From: Octopus sinensis
Lineage: Eukaryota
DNA length: 64,000 nucleotides
Assembly: GCF_006345805.1 (NCBI RefSeq)
Contig: NW_021837043.1
Coordinates: forward strand, 3,243 to 67,242
Direction: 5' to 3'
This document shows, one piece after another, positions 26,341 to 39,140 of the stretch. The position numbers were made by a program, and so were the translations under genes. The notes under the pieces are model-generated. The model made no database searches and was not told the DNA's origin. It saw nothing but the letters and a program-made list of their open reading frames with translations. Numbering within the stretch: position 1 is the stretch's first letter; every line of letters begins with the position of its first letter.

Positions 26341-27814
26341 CTCGGCGAAGCATTCTGAATGTCATGGGATTAAATTTGTAAAATCTGATGCAAGCCACGT
26401 TGCCCTAAAATCTGATGCAGCCACGTTGCCCTAATGAATCAGTCACATAAGTATACGCCACGAAGTCTATATGCCTGAGTCATAGGCTGGTTCCCAGTGA
26501 ACGGTCAGCTACACGCTCATTGCCGTTGACCAGTCCATTCTCAACCAGTGACGTGGGGAAAACTTTATGGTAACGCCCCGAGAATCGAAGAATATCACAA
26601 AATTTACGAAGTTAAAAAAAAGTAATTTTTAAAACTAATAAGGTCCTACAAAATTTAATTCCAGTGTAATAAAAAAAAATAATAATTACAGTGTTAACCT
26701 TAGTTAAACCTGTTTTCACTGCAATACATAAAACCCCCCTATAATAATCGAAGACTACTCACCGTCATCATTATTCAAATAATTATTATGCCCACGACAC
26801 GACACGCACGCACACACACACAATTATCTCCCTTGTCCCACAGAGTTGCTTCCCAACTTAACTTTTGTCGGACTTCAAAACAAGAGTAAAACGTATTTAA
26901 AAACGGCATTTATATACTTTAAACTGTAGACATGGATAATTAAGGAGTGCAAAAAATTATTAAAGGCTTACCTTGGCCAATAAATCAAGCATAGAAAAAC
27001 TGCCGTTCAAACCGAAAAGATCCGAAATGGAGATTGTACCGCAAAGTTTAATTCCTGTGTAAACTAGAAGAGTGTCGTAGCTTACTTGAAGAATATTTTA
27101 TTTTCATGTATAACATAAACATGTACATCTTTTAGAACATTGTCATTTTTTAAAATAAGATTTTGCTGGCAAATTCTTAAATTAACATAAAGGCTTATTT
27201 ACATGAAAGAATTTTTTTTTGAGATGTACTGGAAAACTTTTATTGCCTTCATAATGTTCAGTTTTACAAAATCAAACTAGAAAACTGGACAAAACAGAGA
27301 ACACAATTGAAAAAAAATTAAAAAGAAGAAAAAATAAGAAAGTTTGAACGGCAGTGTTTTCTAGCGGTGTCATATGAAATTGTCACCCATAATTATGACC
27401 CTAGTATCGATCTATTGCATTTCAATCTGTTTTAGGGTTAGGGTTAGGGGTGGGTATCTTTTTTTTCTTCACAAATGTAAAGAAACCCAATCTGTTTCTT
27501 AAACGAGGGACATATTCATACGGCACAGAATGTTTTTTTTACCTCAATAGACGTCAGTGATTGGTTGAAATTGAAGAAAAAACAACAAATATCTTACAAA
27601 CTATAGAATTTTCTCAATAAAGCCAAGAGAAAAAGATGTTTTATAAACACATTCTACCAGTATATGAAGTTAAAATTTTTTAGTTACCTAGAAATTATGT
27701 TAAAAACTGCCGTTCAAACCGAAAAGATCCGAAAAAATGAGATTAAAAAGAGAAAAAACAAACAAAACGATTCACTACCTTGGGTTGAAAAGTTGGGGGC
27801 GTTGGGAAACCTTT

Positions 27815-29890
27815 CTAATGGCTTTTGAGATATGCCAGCACGCTTACAGCATTGCCGCCGTTGATGGTGAGGCTGATGCGCTGGAACAGCCAAGTGCCCT
27901 CACGAGCCTCACCAGTTACCTCTGCAAGGCGAGTTGCCAACGAAGACAGGCATCTCGAAGTTAGTGATCCGAATCTACCAAACGTCTCGAATGCCACAGG
28001 ATGGAAAATGTTGGCCGACAGATCGCGGTATTTCAGGATTTTGTTCCACTCGGCCGCAACATCAGAAAGGCGATTTCCTCCTTCCTTGCTGGTTCATGTG
28101 CAAGAATTGATGACCTTCGGCCTCAACACCTCAAGGATGGTATCTCCTTATCGGCCGGTGACGCCGGACTCGAGCTCTTGGAGAATTTGACTCAGTTTGT
28201 GAACCAGTTCTCTTCAGCGAACGTCCTCCCTTATACCACCCACTATTCTTCAGTGCAAAATTATTCGGGCTCACCAAACCCAATGGAGACCTGCACCCCA
28301 TTGCGGTCAGCTGCACTCTTGGTTGTCTCATTGCAAAGATATGCTTACAATCGGTCTCTAGCTTATTGAAGGAGGGATTTCCCCCCATTCAGCTAGGAGT
28401 GGGCACGCTACCAGAGCCTATGCCGACTTGCCTTCCTTGCCACCCAAGGTAATTCTCAAACTTGACCTTAAGAATGCCTTCAACTCCATCAGCCGCGATG
28501 CTGTCCTCAGCTCAGTAAGAGAGAAGGTCCCACAACTTCACCGCCTTGCATGGCAGGCTTATCGGGAGCCCTCCAATCTTTCTTTCGGTGACCAAATCAT
28601 CACCTCCGCCTCAGGAGTCCAACAGGGCGACCCACTCGGGCCCGTTTTGTTCGCACTGGGTATTGACGACATCACCAAGATGGGCGTCGAGCTAGACCTC
28701 AACGTCTGGTATCTCGACGATGCTTGTTTGGGGGGGGGGACCTCCGGACAGGGTTCTCGCCATTGCTAACATGATGATTGGGGAACTTTGTCGCCGAGGT
28801 TTCCAAGTAAACAGCTCCAAATGTGAGCTCTGGATCCTCAACCACCCCGTTTCTCAACATCAACCAGCTATTGACCTTTTTGCAGAGTTCTTCTCTTCCA
28901 TTGCAGTCCATTCCCCCCATTGGCCTGGTGCTCTCTAGGTGCTCCAATAACTGACCTTGCTTTGAGTCCATCTTCCAGTCGAAGATGGCTACCCTTGAGC
29001 AATTGCTGAAAAATATTGAAGCTATCATATCCCATCAAGGTTTTTTCATATTTAGGAATTACCTCCCGATCCCTAAGCTCCTATATTTACTCAGATTCAG
29101 GTCATCTTACCGATTCCCATCGTGCCTCCAACGCTTCGACAACTTAATCTTTGTGAGACTCGAATGTTTGGTCAATGTCAGACTCTCTCCAGCGTCCAGC
29201 GATCAGGCTGCATTGCCCAAGCGAATTGGAAGTCTTGGTCTTCGTCCCTCTCTCTCCCCTACTTCCTTTCCTCCACCCACGCCTGCTCCACTCTGGTGAG
29301 CAACATCCTCTCCTCTCCAACGTGGACCAGTTCCAACAGCATAATTGGGACAGCATAGTTGGGACAGCATAATTAGTTGGGACAGCATAATTTAGTTGGG
29401 ACAGCATAATTTCGAAGGTCACCTTCGACTCCCTCTTCATCCAGTCGGATCAGTTTTCAAAGAGCCACTTACTGTCTGCTAACACCAAATACTCAGGTGA
29501 CTGAATTGATGCCATTCCTGTGGCTAATGTTGGTGGCCTACTCAGCTTGGACGAACTTCGTGTCTCCACTTCCCTCAGAGTGGGAGCTGACGTATGCACG
29601 GGTTTGATCTGTCGTTGTGACAGGCTCTTCGACTCCATAAGGCCTGCATGGCCTTTCTTGCCGCCTAAATACTGGTCACTTCGCGCGTCATACGAAGTTG
29701 AACCTGATACTCAAGAGGAACTTGGCCCGGGCAAACATCCCCTCCATCTTGGAACCATCTGGATTGTCCAGATGTGATAGGAAGAGACCTGACGACCTCA
29801 CCCTGTGCCCCTGGTCGCAAAGCAGATGCCGTGTCTGGGATGTCATAGTTAGCGACTCCTTTGCTTCTTCTCACATCCTGAAAGAAAATT
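27815..29890. mobile_element. Decayed CRE-clade (RT plus restriction-like endonuclease) retrotransposon; body on plus (28001-29890), C-terminus on minus (27815-28000)
   Basis: Plus strand: LRPQHLKD, FFSAKLFGLTKPNGDLHPIAV, KLDLKNAFNSISR, GVQQGDPLGPVLF, WYLDD, CRCD, KRPDDLTLCPW, WDV..DS. Minus strand: PVAFETFGRFG..LATRLAEVTGEAREGTWLFQRISLTINGGNAVSVL. Confidence 0.85.
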
Positions 29891-29989
29891 ACCAGAGAAC
29901 CTTCTTTTAATTCTTCGAAATTTTTCCGTTAAAACTGTATTGAAACCATTTGTCGGGATTTTTTTTTATTATTATTCAACGGAACCTAC

Positions 29990-30110
29990 TGAAGCAAAGC
30001 AGCACTCTCACAACAATACCACGGGCGATGGCAAGGCTAAGGCGTCGGGAAAGCTAAACGCCCTCATAGACATCATCCGACACCTCGGTGAGGCGAGCTA
30101 CCAACGTTGA
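29990..30110 (-). mobile_element. A further CRE-clade C-terminal fragment
   Basis: LVARLTEVSDDVYEGV*LSRRLSLAIARG matches the same terminal motif. Confidence 0.55.
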
Positions 30111-30530
30111 CAAGAACTTCGCGGTTAGTAGTCTCGTCCCTTGAAGAGGGATAAACTTCATCAATAAACTTCATAGGCGCAGGAGTGGCTGTGTGGTAAG
30201 TAGCTTGCTTTCCAACCACATGGTTCTGGGTTCAGTCCTACTGCGTGGCACTTTAGGCAAGTGTCTTCTACTATACCTCGGGCCAACCAAAGCCTTGTGA
30301 GTGGATTTGGTAGATACAGTTATAACAAATTTGTTCGAGAAGTAGATTTTTGCGAAGGTAAAGAATACGCATATCACCCGTTTTCGGCGTTTAGGGTTAG
30401 GGTTAGGTTTAAGTTTAAGGTTAGGGTTAGGGTTACGCCGAAAAGGGGTGCTGTGCGTATTCTTTACCACCGTCTAGATTTTTGCAAGTGGGTTAGAATT
30501 CACTCCTATTGCGTGGAACTCTAGCTTAGG

Positions 30531-31148
30531 GTCAATCAAAAGCTTGTAAGCGAAATTTGATAGACAGAAACTGTGTGTAAACCCGCCTGAGGAACTGTTT
30601 TTACTTTTGGATGTAGACTTAAATACATTGCCCGTTTACTTCCAAAATCTGGTCCTTGGGTGAGTCCACCCTGTTACAGGATTTTAGGATTGGATATACT
30701 TCCCTCTCATCCCTTAATTTTAGAAAAGTCTAAACAAAGGTTGCACTCTCTGCCCTTCCTCATTCGACTAAGTCATGAGAAAAGAAAAGAAAGAAAATAA
30801 AATGGAAAGTAATTCTTCACAGAAAGTTCAGGAAAGGATTGACAGCCGGACGCTTCCTCAATTTTTGTTATCGATTTGATATCAACTGTTGGGGATTGTC
30901 AAAGGCACTTATTATCAAAATGATATAGTAAGTAGGAACGAAATGTTATATTATCCACACCTTTTGGGTTCAAATGCTTTCATCTATTCGGGGTTGATAG
31001 AAGAAATACTTGGACTCACCCAAGGACCAGATTCTGGACGTAAACGAGCGATGTATTTAAGTCTACATCCAAAAGTAAGAACAGTTCCTCAGGCGGGTTT
31101 ACACACAGTTTCTGTCTTTCAAATTTCGCTTACAAGCTTTTGATTGAC
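30531..31148. repeat. Inverted duplication with 138-bp arms (30531-30668 and 31011-31148) and a 342-bp spacer
   Basis: GTCAATCAAAAGCTTGTAAGCG...GGGTGAGTCCA versus TGGACTCACCC...CAAGCTTTTGATTGAC. Confidence 0.85.
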
Positions 31149-31732
31149 TCTGGAGTCTATGCTATGAACTTAACCTCGCCATCCGCTACAGCCGAAATTG
31201 CTGGCCTTGTGCCAAAATTTGAAACCATTATTATCCACACCTTTATACTGCGTGGATATTCAAAAAAGATGCAAGACCATTTGGAAAGGATAAAATTAAA
31301 AGATATATTAAAGAAAGATAATTCAGACAAGAAATGAGAGTTACATCCCTTGTCCTAACAATGTCCTTCGCTAAATTTCGATAATTTAAAAAAATACGTT
31401 TTTGATATATTTCAGTAAACGAAGTGATTTGGAGGTTAAATATCTCGGATGTGAGGACATTTATTCATTGATAAAATCTCAAAAGCAATTTCAACCAAAA
31501 ATTGAAAATGTTGTGTAGATTCAGTTTCCTAAGAATTCACTGCCAAAAAAAATAAAAATAATTACATTTTGAGAAAATGTTTCATAAGAAAAAATTCACC
31601 TTTAAAACTTTTTTACTTTATAAAAATACGAACGTATTAATTTTTTAAAGGCAATGCATGGCAGGGTTTTATTTGTTATATCTATCATTCCTTAATTGCG
31701 GGATCACTATCGTTGTCATTCATTCAGTCTAA

Positions 31733-31781
31733 ATGCCGTCTGTCAACAACGATCTGTCGTTTCCGTCCACGAAAATAACGT
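31733..31781 (+). CDS. PDX2: Candidate first coding exon of the PdxT gene (MPSVNNDLSFPSTKIT)
   Basis: ATG in non-repetitive sequence; strong donor T|gtaagt, phase 1, in frame with acceptor tttag|CAAATC at 41244. The phase match could be chance (about 1 in 3). Confidence 0.4.
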
Positions 31782-32076
31782 GTAAGTCGGCCGTGACAAT
31801 TATTTTACCATCAAATCTTTTATTATTGTATATAATTAATTAACAACGTAGCTAAGGTGCAGGTTGATGTACTGTTTGTAGTTTTGAAGCGAATTATCGC
31901 GTAAGGTGCGTGTTTTTGAAGTGAATTGTTTTGAAGGGTGGAAAATGATTTTCTGTACATTACGTAATCCGCAGAAAGGTTGCGATTCCTTGATCGAACT
32001 GTTTCATTTAAATACACCCACAATCATATATCTACACATGAACGCAAACATATATATAAGAGTACACACAACACGT

Positions 32077-32113
<37 letters not shown>

Positions 32114-32624
32114 CGTGTATTGATTTGTTGGTACCGGAGTCGATATATATAATTTGTGAGTTTCGATTTTTGTTCTAAACACATGACTTTCTGTATCTTC
32201 AAAATGTTACCACCCTGAGTAGAGTCAAATGAAGGAGTCTCTATATTGTCGCTCGTGCTAGAAATAATAGCAAATTCGCCTTCAAATTGCACCACACCGC
32301 CTTAAAACGGAAGGGACACATTGGATAGTGTTACAACACTATACAAAACAAAATACAGAAGCCTCTATTTAGTTAAACAATTGCTAGAAATAGCAACCAA
32401 ACCCCCATTGCATTAGAATCTACTGTGTTAAACAAAGGACACATTAGATAATGTAGATCTATAAATAAGACCGGATACTAGGTCATCTTTGATCATGGGC
32501 CTATTCCAACAGGGTTGACCTGGAGCTAAACATCAACAAGAGAAGGATGGGATGATCAAGGCTGTAACAATTTTAGATCGGTTCACATACGGCCGACCCG
32601 GTGCTCTATAACACGCGATTTTTG

Positions 32625-32890
32625 GGTACTGTTTAAGAAGAGTGGTCCCGGTGCGCTCACTCGCGTACTTGCGCATCCGCGCTAGCTAGTCGTGACTAGT
32701 CGATCCTACAACGACTACCTAGCAAAGTAAATAAAACACGAAAACACAAAATAAATAATTTTTTTACACAAAGTAAATAAAACACAAAGTAAATAATTTT
32801 TTTAAAACAAAGTAAATAAAACAAAAACAGAAAGTAAGGATCGCGAGTACGCGAGTGCGCGCACCGGGACCACTCTTCTTAAATAGTACC
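32625..32890. mobile_element. Merlin-like MITE (266 bp, about 53-bp TIRs, 9-bp TSD)
   Basis: TIR GGTACTGTTTAAGAAGAGTGGTCCCGGTGCGC.. at both ends; CGATTTTTG at 32616-32624 and 32891-32899; GGTAC fits the Merlin GGNRM terminus. Confidence 0.75.
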
Positions 32891-34249
32891 CGATTTTTGT
32901 AAACTATGAATCTAAATTGCAACCCCTTGAGGATGACATCGAGGTTCACACAAACTGACTTATTTATTTATTTATTTTTTTATTTTATATTGCCCACATA
33001 GTTTCTTATTTCTTTATTGCCTATAAGGGGCTAAACATAGAGGGGACAAACAAGGACAAACAAAGGGATTAAGTCGATTACATCGACCCCAGTGCATAAC
33101 TAGTACTTAATTTATCGACCCCGAAAGGATGAAAGGCAAAGTTGACCTCGGCGGAATTTGAACTCAAAACGTAATGGCAGACGAAATACCGCTAAGCATT
33201 TCACCCGGTGTGCTAACGTTTCTGCCAGCTCACTGCCTTGAGTTTCTTGACATAGTTTCTATTTAAGGACTATGCTGTGTGCTGCTTGGTGAAGAGTTGG
33301 TTTTCATCTCAAATCTGAATAGTGGTTTGCAACAGAATGTCTCTTAGGAATGCACAATTGTTCTTTACATTAGATATGTTCACCTCTATAGTATGACTTA
33401 CTCATTGTATGTGCACCAGGTTTTTCCTGAGGGCTCAAAACATCTCATGGTATGAGCACAAGAACAAAGAGAAGATTTATCTACACATTCCTACCTTACT
33501 GGCACTCATGCCTGTGCTAGTAGGGTGCCAAGAGCACCATCCGAGCATGATCATTGCCAGAGAAGCCAACTGGCTTCCGTACCCCACCATCTGAGCGTGT
33601 TCGTTGCCAGAGCAGCCAACTGGCTTCTGTACCCATGGTACGTACAAGGGCACCATTCGAGCGTGATCGTTACCAACGTCGCCTCACTGGCACCTGTGCT
33701 GGTGGCACGTGTAAAATGATTCGAGTGAGGTCATTGCCAGTACCGCCTGACTGGCCCCTGTGCTGGTGGCACGTAAAAAGCACCCCCTACACTTTCGGAG
33801 TGGTTGGCGTTAGGAAGGGCATCCAGCTATAGAAACTCTGCCAGATCAAGATTAGAGCCTGGTGCAGCCATCAGGCTCGCCAGCCCTCAGTAAAAATCGT
33901 CCAAGCCATGCTAGCATGGAAAGCAGACATTAAACGATGATGATGATGATGATGATGATTCCATCCATTGTTGCTCAACACAGTTGGTTTTGCTGGCCAA
34001 TGCTATTGTGTTGAATACCAGATCATATCAGATGCTATATTTTGGAGACTTCTGTACCCTAAAACAGGATGAAGGCTACACTGATGTTATTATAAGATAT
34101 ACAGAACATAACATAGTGGACCTGCCAAAGTTAATGAGGATGAAGATTCCTTCTGTGGCATGATATAAATGTATCTTGGTTGTAACCATTTGAGGAAGAA
34201 GAGGCTGTGTTGTACAATGGCCTTCATTTTCAAGGTGATAGAATGTGAT

Positions 34250-34510
34250 AGGACCTGCTATTTCTTACAGGTCAAATGACTATGAAGATACTTACGCTTT
34301 TGCTGTTATAAAGAGGCTAGCTTCATTAGATGTGTGCATTCTATCTTCCAACTCCATCCTTCTGGTAATGATTCTTCTCTTCATGGTTGACCATTTTCTC
34401 AGGGAACATTCTTCAGAAATAGCTTTTTGATCAGAAAAGATGAATCTTCTTCCCAATCTGTTAGATAACTTGTTAGTGGAACAGTTTTCTGAAATTTGAC
34501 CCATAGAAAA
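34250..34510 (-). mobile_element. Highly decayed RT fragment, possibly Penelope-like
   Basis: ELEDRMHTSNEASLFITAK resembles the segment before the KDHK motif in PLE RTs; weak. Confidence 0.3.
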
Positions 34511-35696
34511 GAATCATTTTAAATGATTTCAGCAGCTCTATATGCCCTCAACCTCATCATTCTTGGTCACAGTTTCCATGTTTTCCAATATCTCCATCCT
34601 GATATTTCTACACATGATCATTTAAATACCACTCTCATCATCATCATCATCGTTTAACGTCCGTTTTCCATGCTAGCATGGGTTGGACGGTTCGACCGGG
34701 GATCTGGGAAGCCAGAAGGCTGCACCAGGCTCCAGTCTTATCTGGCAGTGTTTCTACAGCTGGATGCCCTTCCTAACGCCAACCACTCCATGAGTGTAGT
34801 GGGTGCTTTTTACATGCCACCAGCATAGGGGCCAGAGGAGGCTGGCAACGGCAACGATCAGTTGGTGCTTTTTATGTGCCACCGGCACAGAGGCCAGAGA
34901 GGGCTGGCAACGGCAACGATTGATTGATGCTTTTTACATGCCTGGCATGTGTGTGTGTGTGTTCATGTTTGTGTCGTCATGATAGTTGTAAATGAGTGTC
35001 TCTGTCATACAAGCAGTGTCGTTCATTTCCAATATTCTATATAAACACGTCTGGCCATGGGTGAATGTTACTTTGCTTAGAAAGCGGTAAAGGCTGGCAA
35101 CAGGAAAGGGCATCTGTTAGTAGAAAATCTGCCCCAATAAACTCTGTCTGACCCATGCAAGCAAGGAAAAGAGTATTTTTCCTTTTATCTTTTACCTGTT
35201 TCAGTCATTTCAGTCATTAGACTGTGGCCATTCTGGGGCACTGCCTTGAAGAATTTTTTGTTGAATGCATCAACCCCAAGACTTATTTTCTGTTAAGCCT
35301 GCTATCAGTCTGTTTTTGCCAAATCCCTAAGTGATGAGGATGTAAACACACCAACACCCAGTGATGGTGAGGGGACAAACAAACAGAGAAGGAAAGAGAA
35401 TGTGTGTGTGTGTGATTGTGTGTGTGTGTGTGTGTGTGATTGTCTTCTTGACAGCACATAGTAGTTGTAAATGTTACTATTTGGCAATGGAGAAAATATT
35501 ACCTTGCTTGGAAAAAGGTGAGGGTTTAACAGGAAGGGCACCCGACTGTAGAAAATCTGCCTCAGTAAATTCCAGTCGACCCCTGAAAGCATGATGAGAA
35601 TGATGACTGCTTATGAATTAAAAAATTAATATGATGCGAGGTAATAACAGGTCTGTGTGTCCTGAAAGAATGCAGCAGAATTTTTTTTTTGAACCT

Positions 35697-37272
35697 TTAA
35701 CCCTTTTGTTACCATGTTTCTATTGAGATACTCTGTGTTTCTTTAAATTAATTTTAAATATAACAAAGAATTTAGTAAAATAGCTTAGTTATCATTAAGC
35801 TAGTTTTAGGAACATAAACTGTGACTAAGGTTTGGTGGAAAATTTTAATTCAGAACTTTTGAAAACAAGGCATTTGTACTACAGAACCAGAGGCAGTGTC
35901 AGTCAGGTTGGTATCAAAGGGGTTAAGTATAACAAGTAATTTAGTAAAATAACTTAGTTGTCATTCAGCTAGTGTTAGGAACATAAATTGTAACTAAGGT
36001 TTGGTGGAAGATTTTAATTCAGATCTTTTGAAAACAAGACATTTGTAATACAGAGCCAGAGGCAGTGTCAGCCAGGTTGGTATCAAAAGGGTTAAATATA
36101 ACAAGGAATTTAGTAAAATAACATAGTTATCATTCAGCTGGTGTTAGGAACATAAATTGTGACAAAGGTTTGGTGGAAGATTTTAATTCAAAACTTACGA
36201 AAACAAGACATTTGTACTCAGAGCCAGAGGCAGTTCAGCCAGGTTGGTATCAAAAGGGTTAAATATAACAAGGAATTAAATAAAATAACTTAGTTATCAT
36301 TAAGCTGGTGTTAGGAACATAAATTGTGACTAAGGTTTGGTGGAAGATTTTAATTCAGATCTTTTGAAAACAAGACATTTGTAATACAGAGCCAGAGGCA
36401 GTTACAGCCAGGTTGGTATCAAAAGGGTTAAATATAACAAGGAATTAAATAAAATAACTTAGTTATCATTAAGCTGGTGTTAGGAACATAAATTGTGACA
36501 AAGGTTTGGTGGAAGATTTTAATTCAAAACTTATGAAAACAAGACATTTGTACTACAGAGCCAGAGCCGGTTTCAGCCAGGTTGGTATCAAAAGGGTTAA
36601 ATATAACAAGGAATTAAATAAAATAACTTAGTTATCATTAAGCTGGTGTTAGGAACATAAATTGTGACTAAGGTTTGGTGGAAGATTTTAATTCAGATCT
36701 TTTGAAAACAAGACATTTGTAATACAGAGCCAGAGGCAGTTACAGCCAGGTTGGTATCAAAAGGGTTAAATATAACAAGGAATTAAATAAAATAACTTAG
36801 TTATCATTCAGCTAGTGTTAGGAACATAAATTGTGATTAAGGTTTGGTGGAAGATTTTAATTCAGATCTTTTGAAAACAAGACATTTGTACTCAGAGACA
36901 GAGGAAGTTACAGCCAGGTTGGTATCAAAAGGGTTAAATATAACAAGGAATTAAATAAAATAACTTAGTTATCATTCAGCTAGTGTTAGGAACATAAATT
37001 GTGACTAAGGTTTGGTGGAAGATTTTAATTCAGATCTTTTGAAAACAAGACATTTGTACTCAGAGACAGAGGAAGTTACAGCCCGGTTGGTATCAAAAGA
37101 GTTAAATATAACAAGGAATTAATAAAATAACTTAGTTATCATTCAGCTAGTGTTAGGAACATAAATTGTGACTAAGGTTTGGTGGAAGATTTTAATTCAG
37201 ATCTTTTGAAAACAAGACATTTGTACTCAGAGACAGAGGAAGTTACAGCCCGGTTGGTATCAAAAGAGTTAA
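35697..37272. repeat. piggyBac-type MITE whose right part is amplified into nine tandem units of about 167-169 bp
   Basis: TTAA+CCCTTTTGTTACC left end; every unit ends GGTATCAAAAG(G/A)G+TTAA (TTAA ending at 35926, 36095, 36262, 36431, 36600, 36769, 36937, 37105, 37272). Confidence 0.9.
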
Positions 37273-37950
37273 AAAAGAAGGAAAAAACCATTATCTTAAT
37301 GATTAATTTTAGTTAAGTAAGTCAAAGAAGATAATATTGTAATTAAGGTTAATTAAAAATAGAATGTAATGAAGATTAAATTTGATCTTGGAAACACAGG
37401 ATAATTCAGGACCTGTTTAGTGTTATTAGACTTTATCAGTAAAGTCTGAACTATTCTAACTGTTGCTAGATTTATCTGAATGAATACTGAGTGATGTAAT
37501 GACTTAAAACAGAACAGATTATTTTGTGATCATTTTTTTGTTGTAAATATTTATGAATGTTTGTTACTGTCTTCAAAATTCTGAGTCATGTCAAAAAAAC
37601 AAAATTAACACTGGATTTGAAAAAATCTACTGCCCATCACCAATGTATCCAAACTGAAAACTACTTCCCATTTTAGTTTTGACACTATTGAGACCTACTT
37701 TTGTCTTCACCAAGGCAATTGTTTGTTTTTGTTTTTGTTTTTACTTGTTTCAGTCATTTGACTGCGGCCATGCTGGAGCACCGCCTTTAGTCGAGCAAAT
37801 CGACCCCGGGGACTTATTCTTTGTAAGCCCAGTACTTATTCTATCGGTCTCTTTTGCCGAACCGCTAAGTGACGGAGACGTAAACACACCAGCATCGGTT
37901 GTCAAGCAATGCTGGGGGGGACAAAAACAGACACACAAACACACACACAG

Positions 37951-37995
<45 letters not shown>

Positions 37996-38975
37996 CATAT
38001 ATACGACAGGCTTCTTTCAGTTTCCGTCTACCAAATCCACTCACAAGGCATTGGTCGGCCCGGGGCTACAGCAGAAGACACTTGCCCAAGATGCCACACA
38101 GTGGGACTGAACCCGGAACCATGTGGTTGGTTAGCAAGCTACTTACCACACAGCCACCAAGCATGTATATTTGAAAGTACTTGCTCTCTTGTCATAATAA
38201 CTGAAGTAGCTCTAACTCTATATTCTGTTCTATTAACCTAAATCATGAATTAATTTCATTGGTTAAGTGAAGTGTTTATTAAAGTTGGACCTTGGCTTTC
38301 AATCACCTAACACTATTCATCTCATGTTATTTTGGGGGTTTGTTTTTCTGCTTTCAAACAATGTAATTTATCTGTATAATTTCATCCTTTCATCTCGAGC
38401 CACCAATTCAAATATTATTGAAACCAATCATTGTCTACATCCATTTCCTCCATCACTGGGGTCTTGATATGAAACTGAGGCATTCTTTCGATATAACTCA
38501 ACAAAATCAAAACATTTCACTTCGGGTGTTTCCGTGGGTTGTGGAGTATAGATATAACAAAGTTGGTGTGGCCTCCTGGCTTGCCAGTCCCCAGTCAAAC
38601 TGTCCAATCCAATCCATGCCAGCAAAGAAAACGGACATTAAAAAGCACCCACTACACTCACGGAGTGGTTGGCGTTAGGAAGGGCGTCCAGCTGTGGAGG
38701 CATTGCCAGATAGGACTGGAGCCTGGTGCGGCCTTCTGGCTTCCCAGATCCCCGGTTGAACCGTCCAACCCATGCTAGCATGGAGAACGGACGTTAAACG
38801 ATGATGATGATGATGATGACCTTCAAAGTCCTATTGGATACTTGGCATGACAGATTGTTTCAGCAAGTTCAGATAAATGAGATCAGCCTCAGTACCATCA
38901 AAAAAGAATTGTCCAATTCTTCTGAAGATAAGCCACTTCATACTGTAACTCCTAGTAAATTAACATAACGTTCCT

Positions 38976-39140
38976 TCATAACTTGTGGGTTCTCATGTGC
39001 TGAGAGTAGATGCAATTGTGACTGGTAGTTGAACCATTTAATTTAAATATGGCCTCATCACTCCAGACAACCTTTGTTGGAAAATATGCATCTTCTACAC
39101 ATTTTGCCAAGTACCACTCACAAAACTCCACACTCCAGTC
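38976..39140 (-). mobile_element. Tc1/mariner-superfamily transposase fragment
   Basis: VEFCEWYL...[17 protein letters not shown] covers the first catalytic D motif. Confidence 0.55.
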
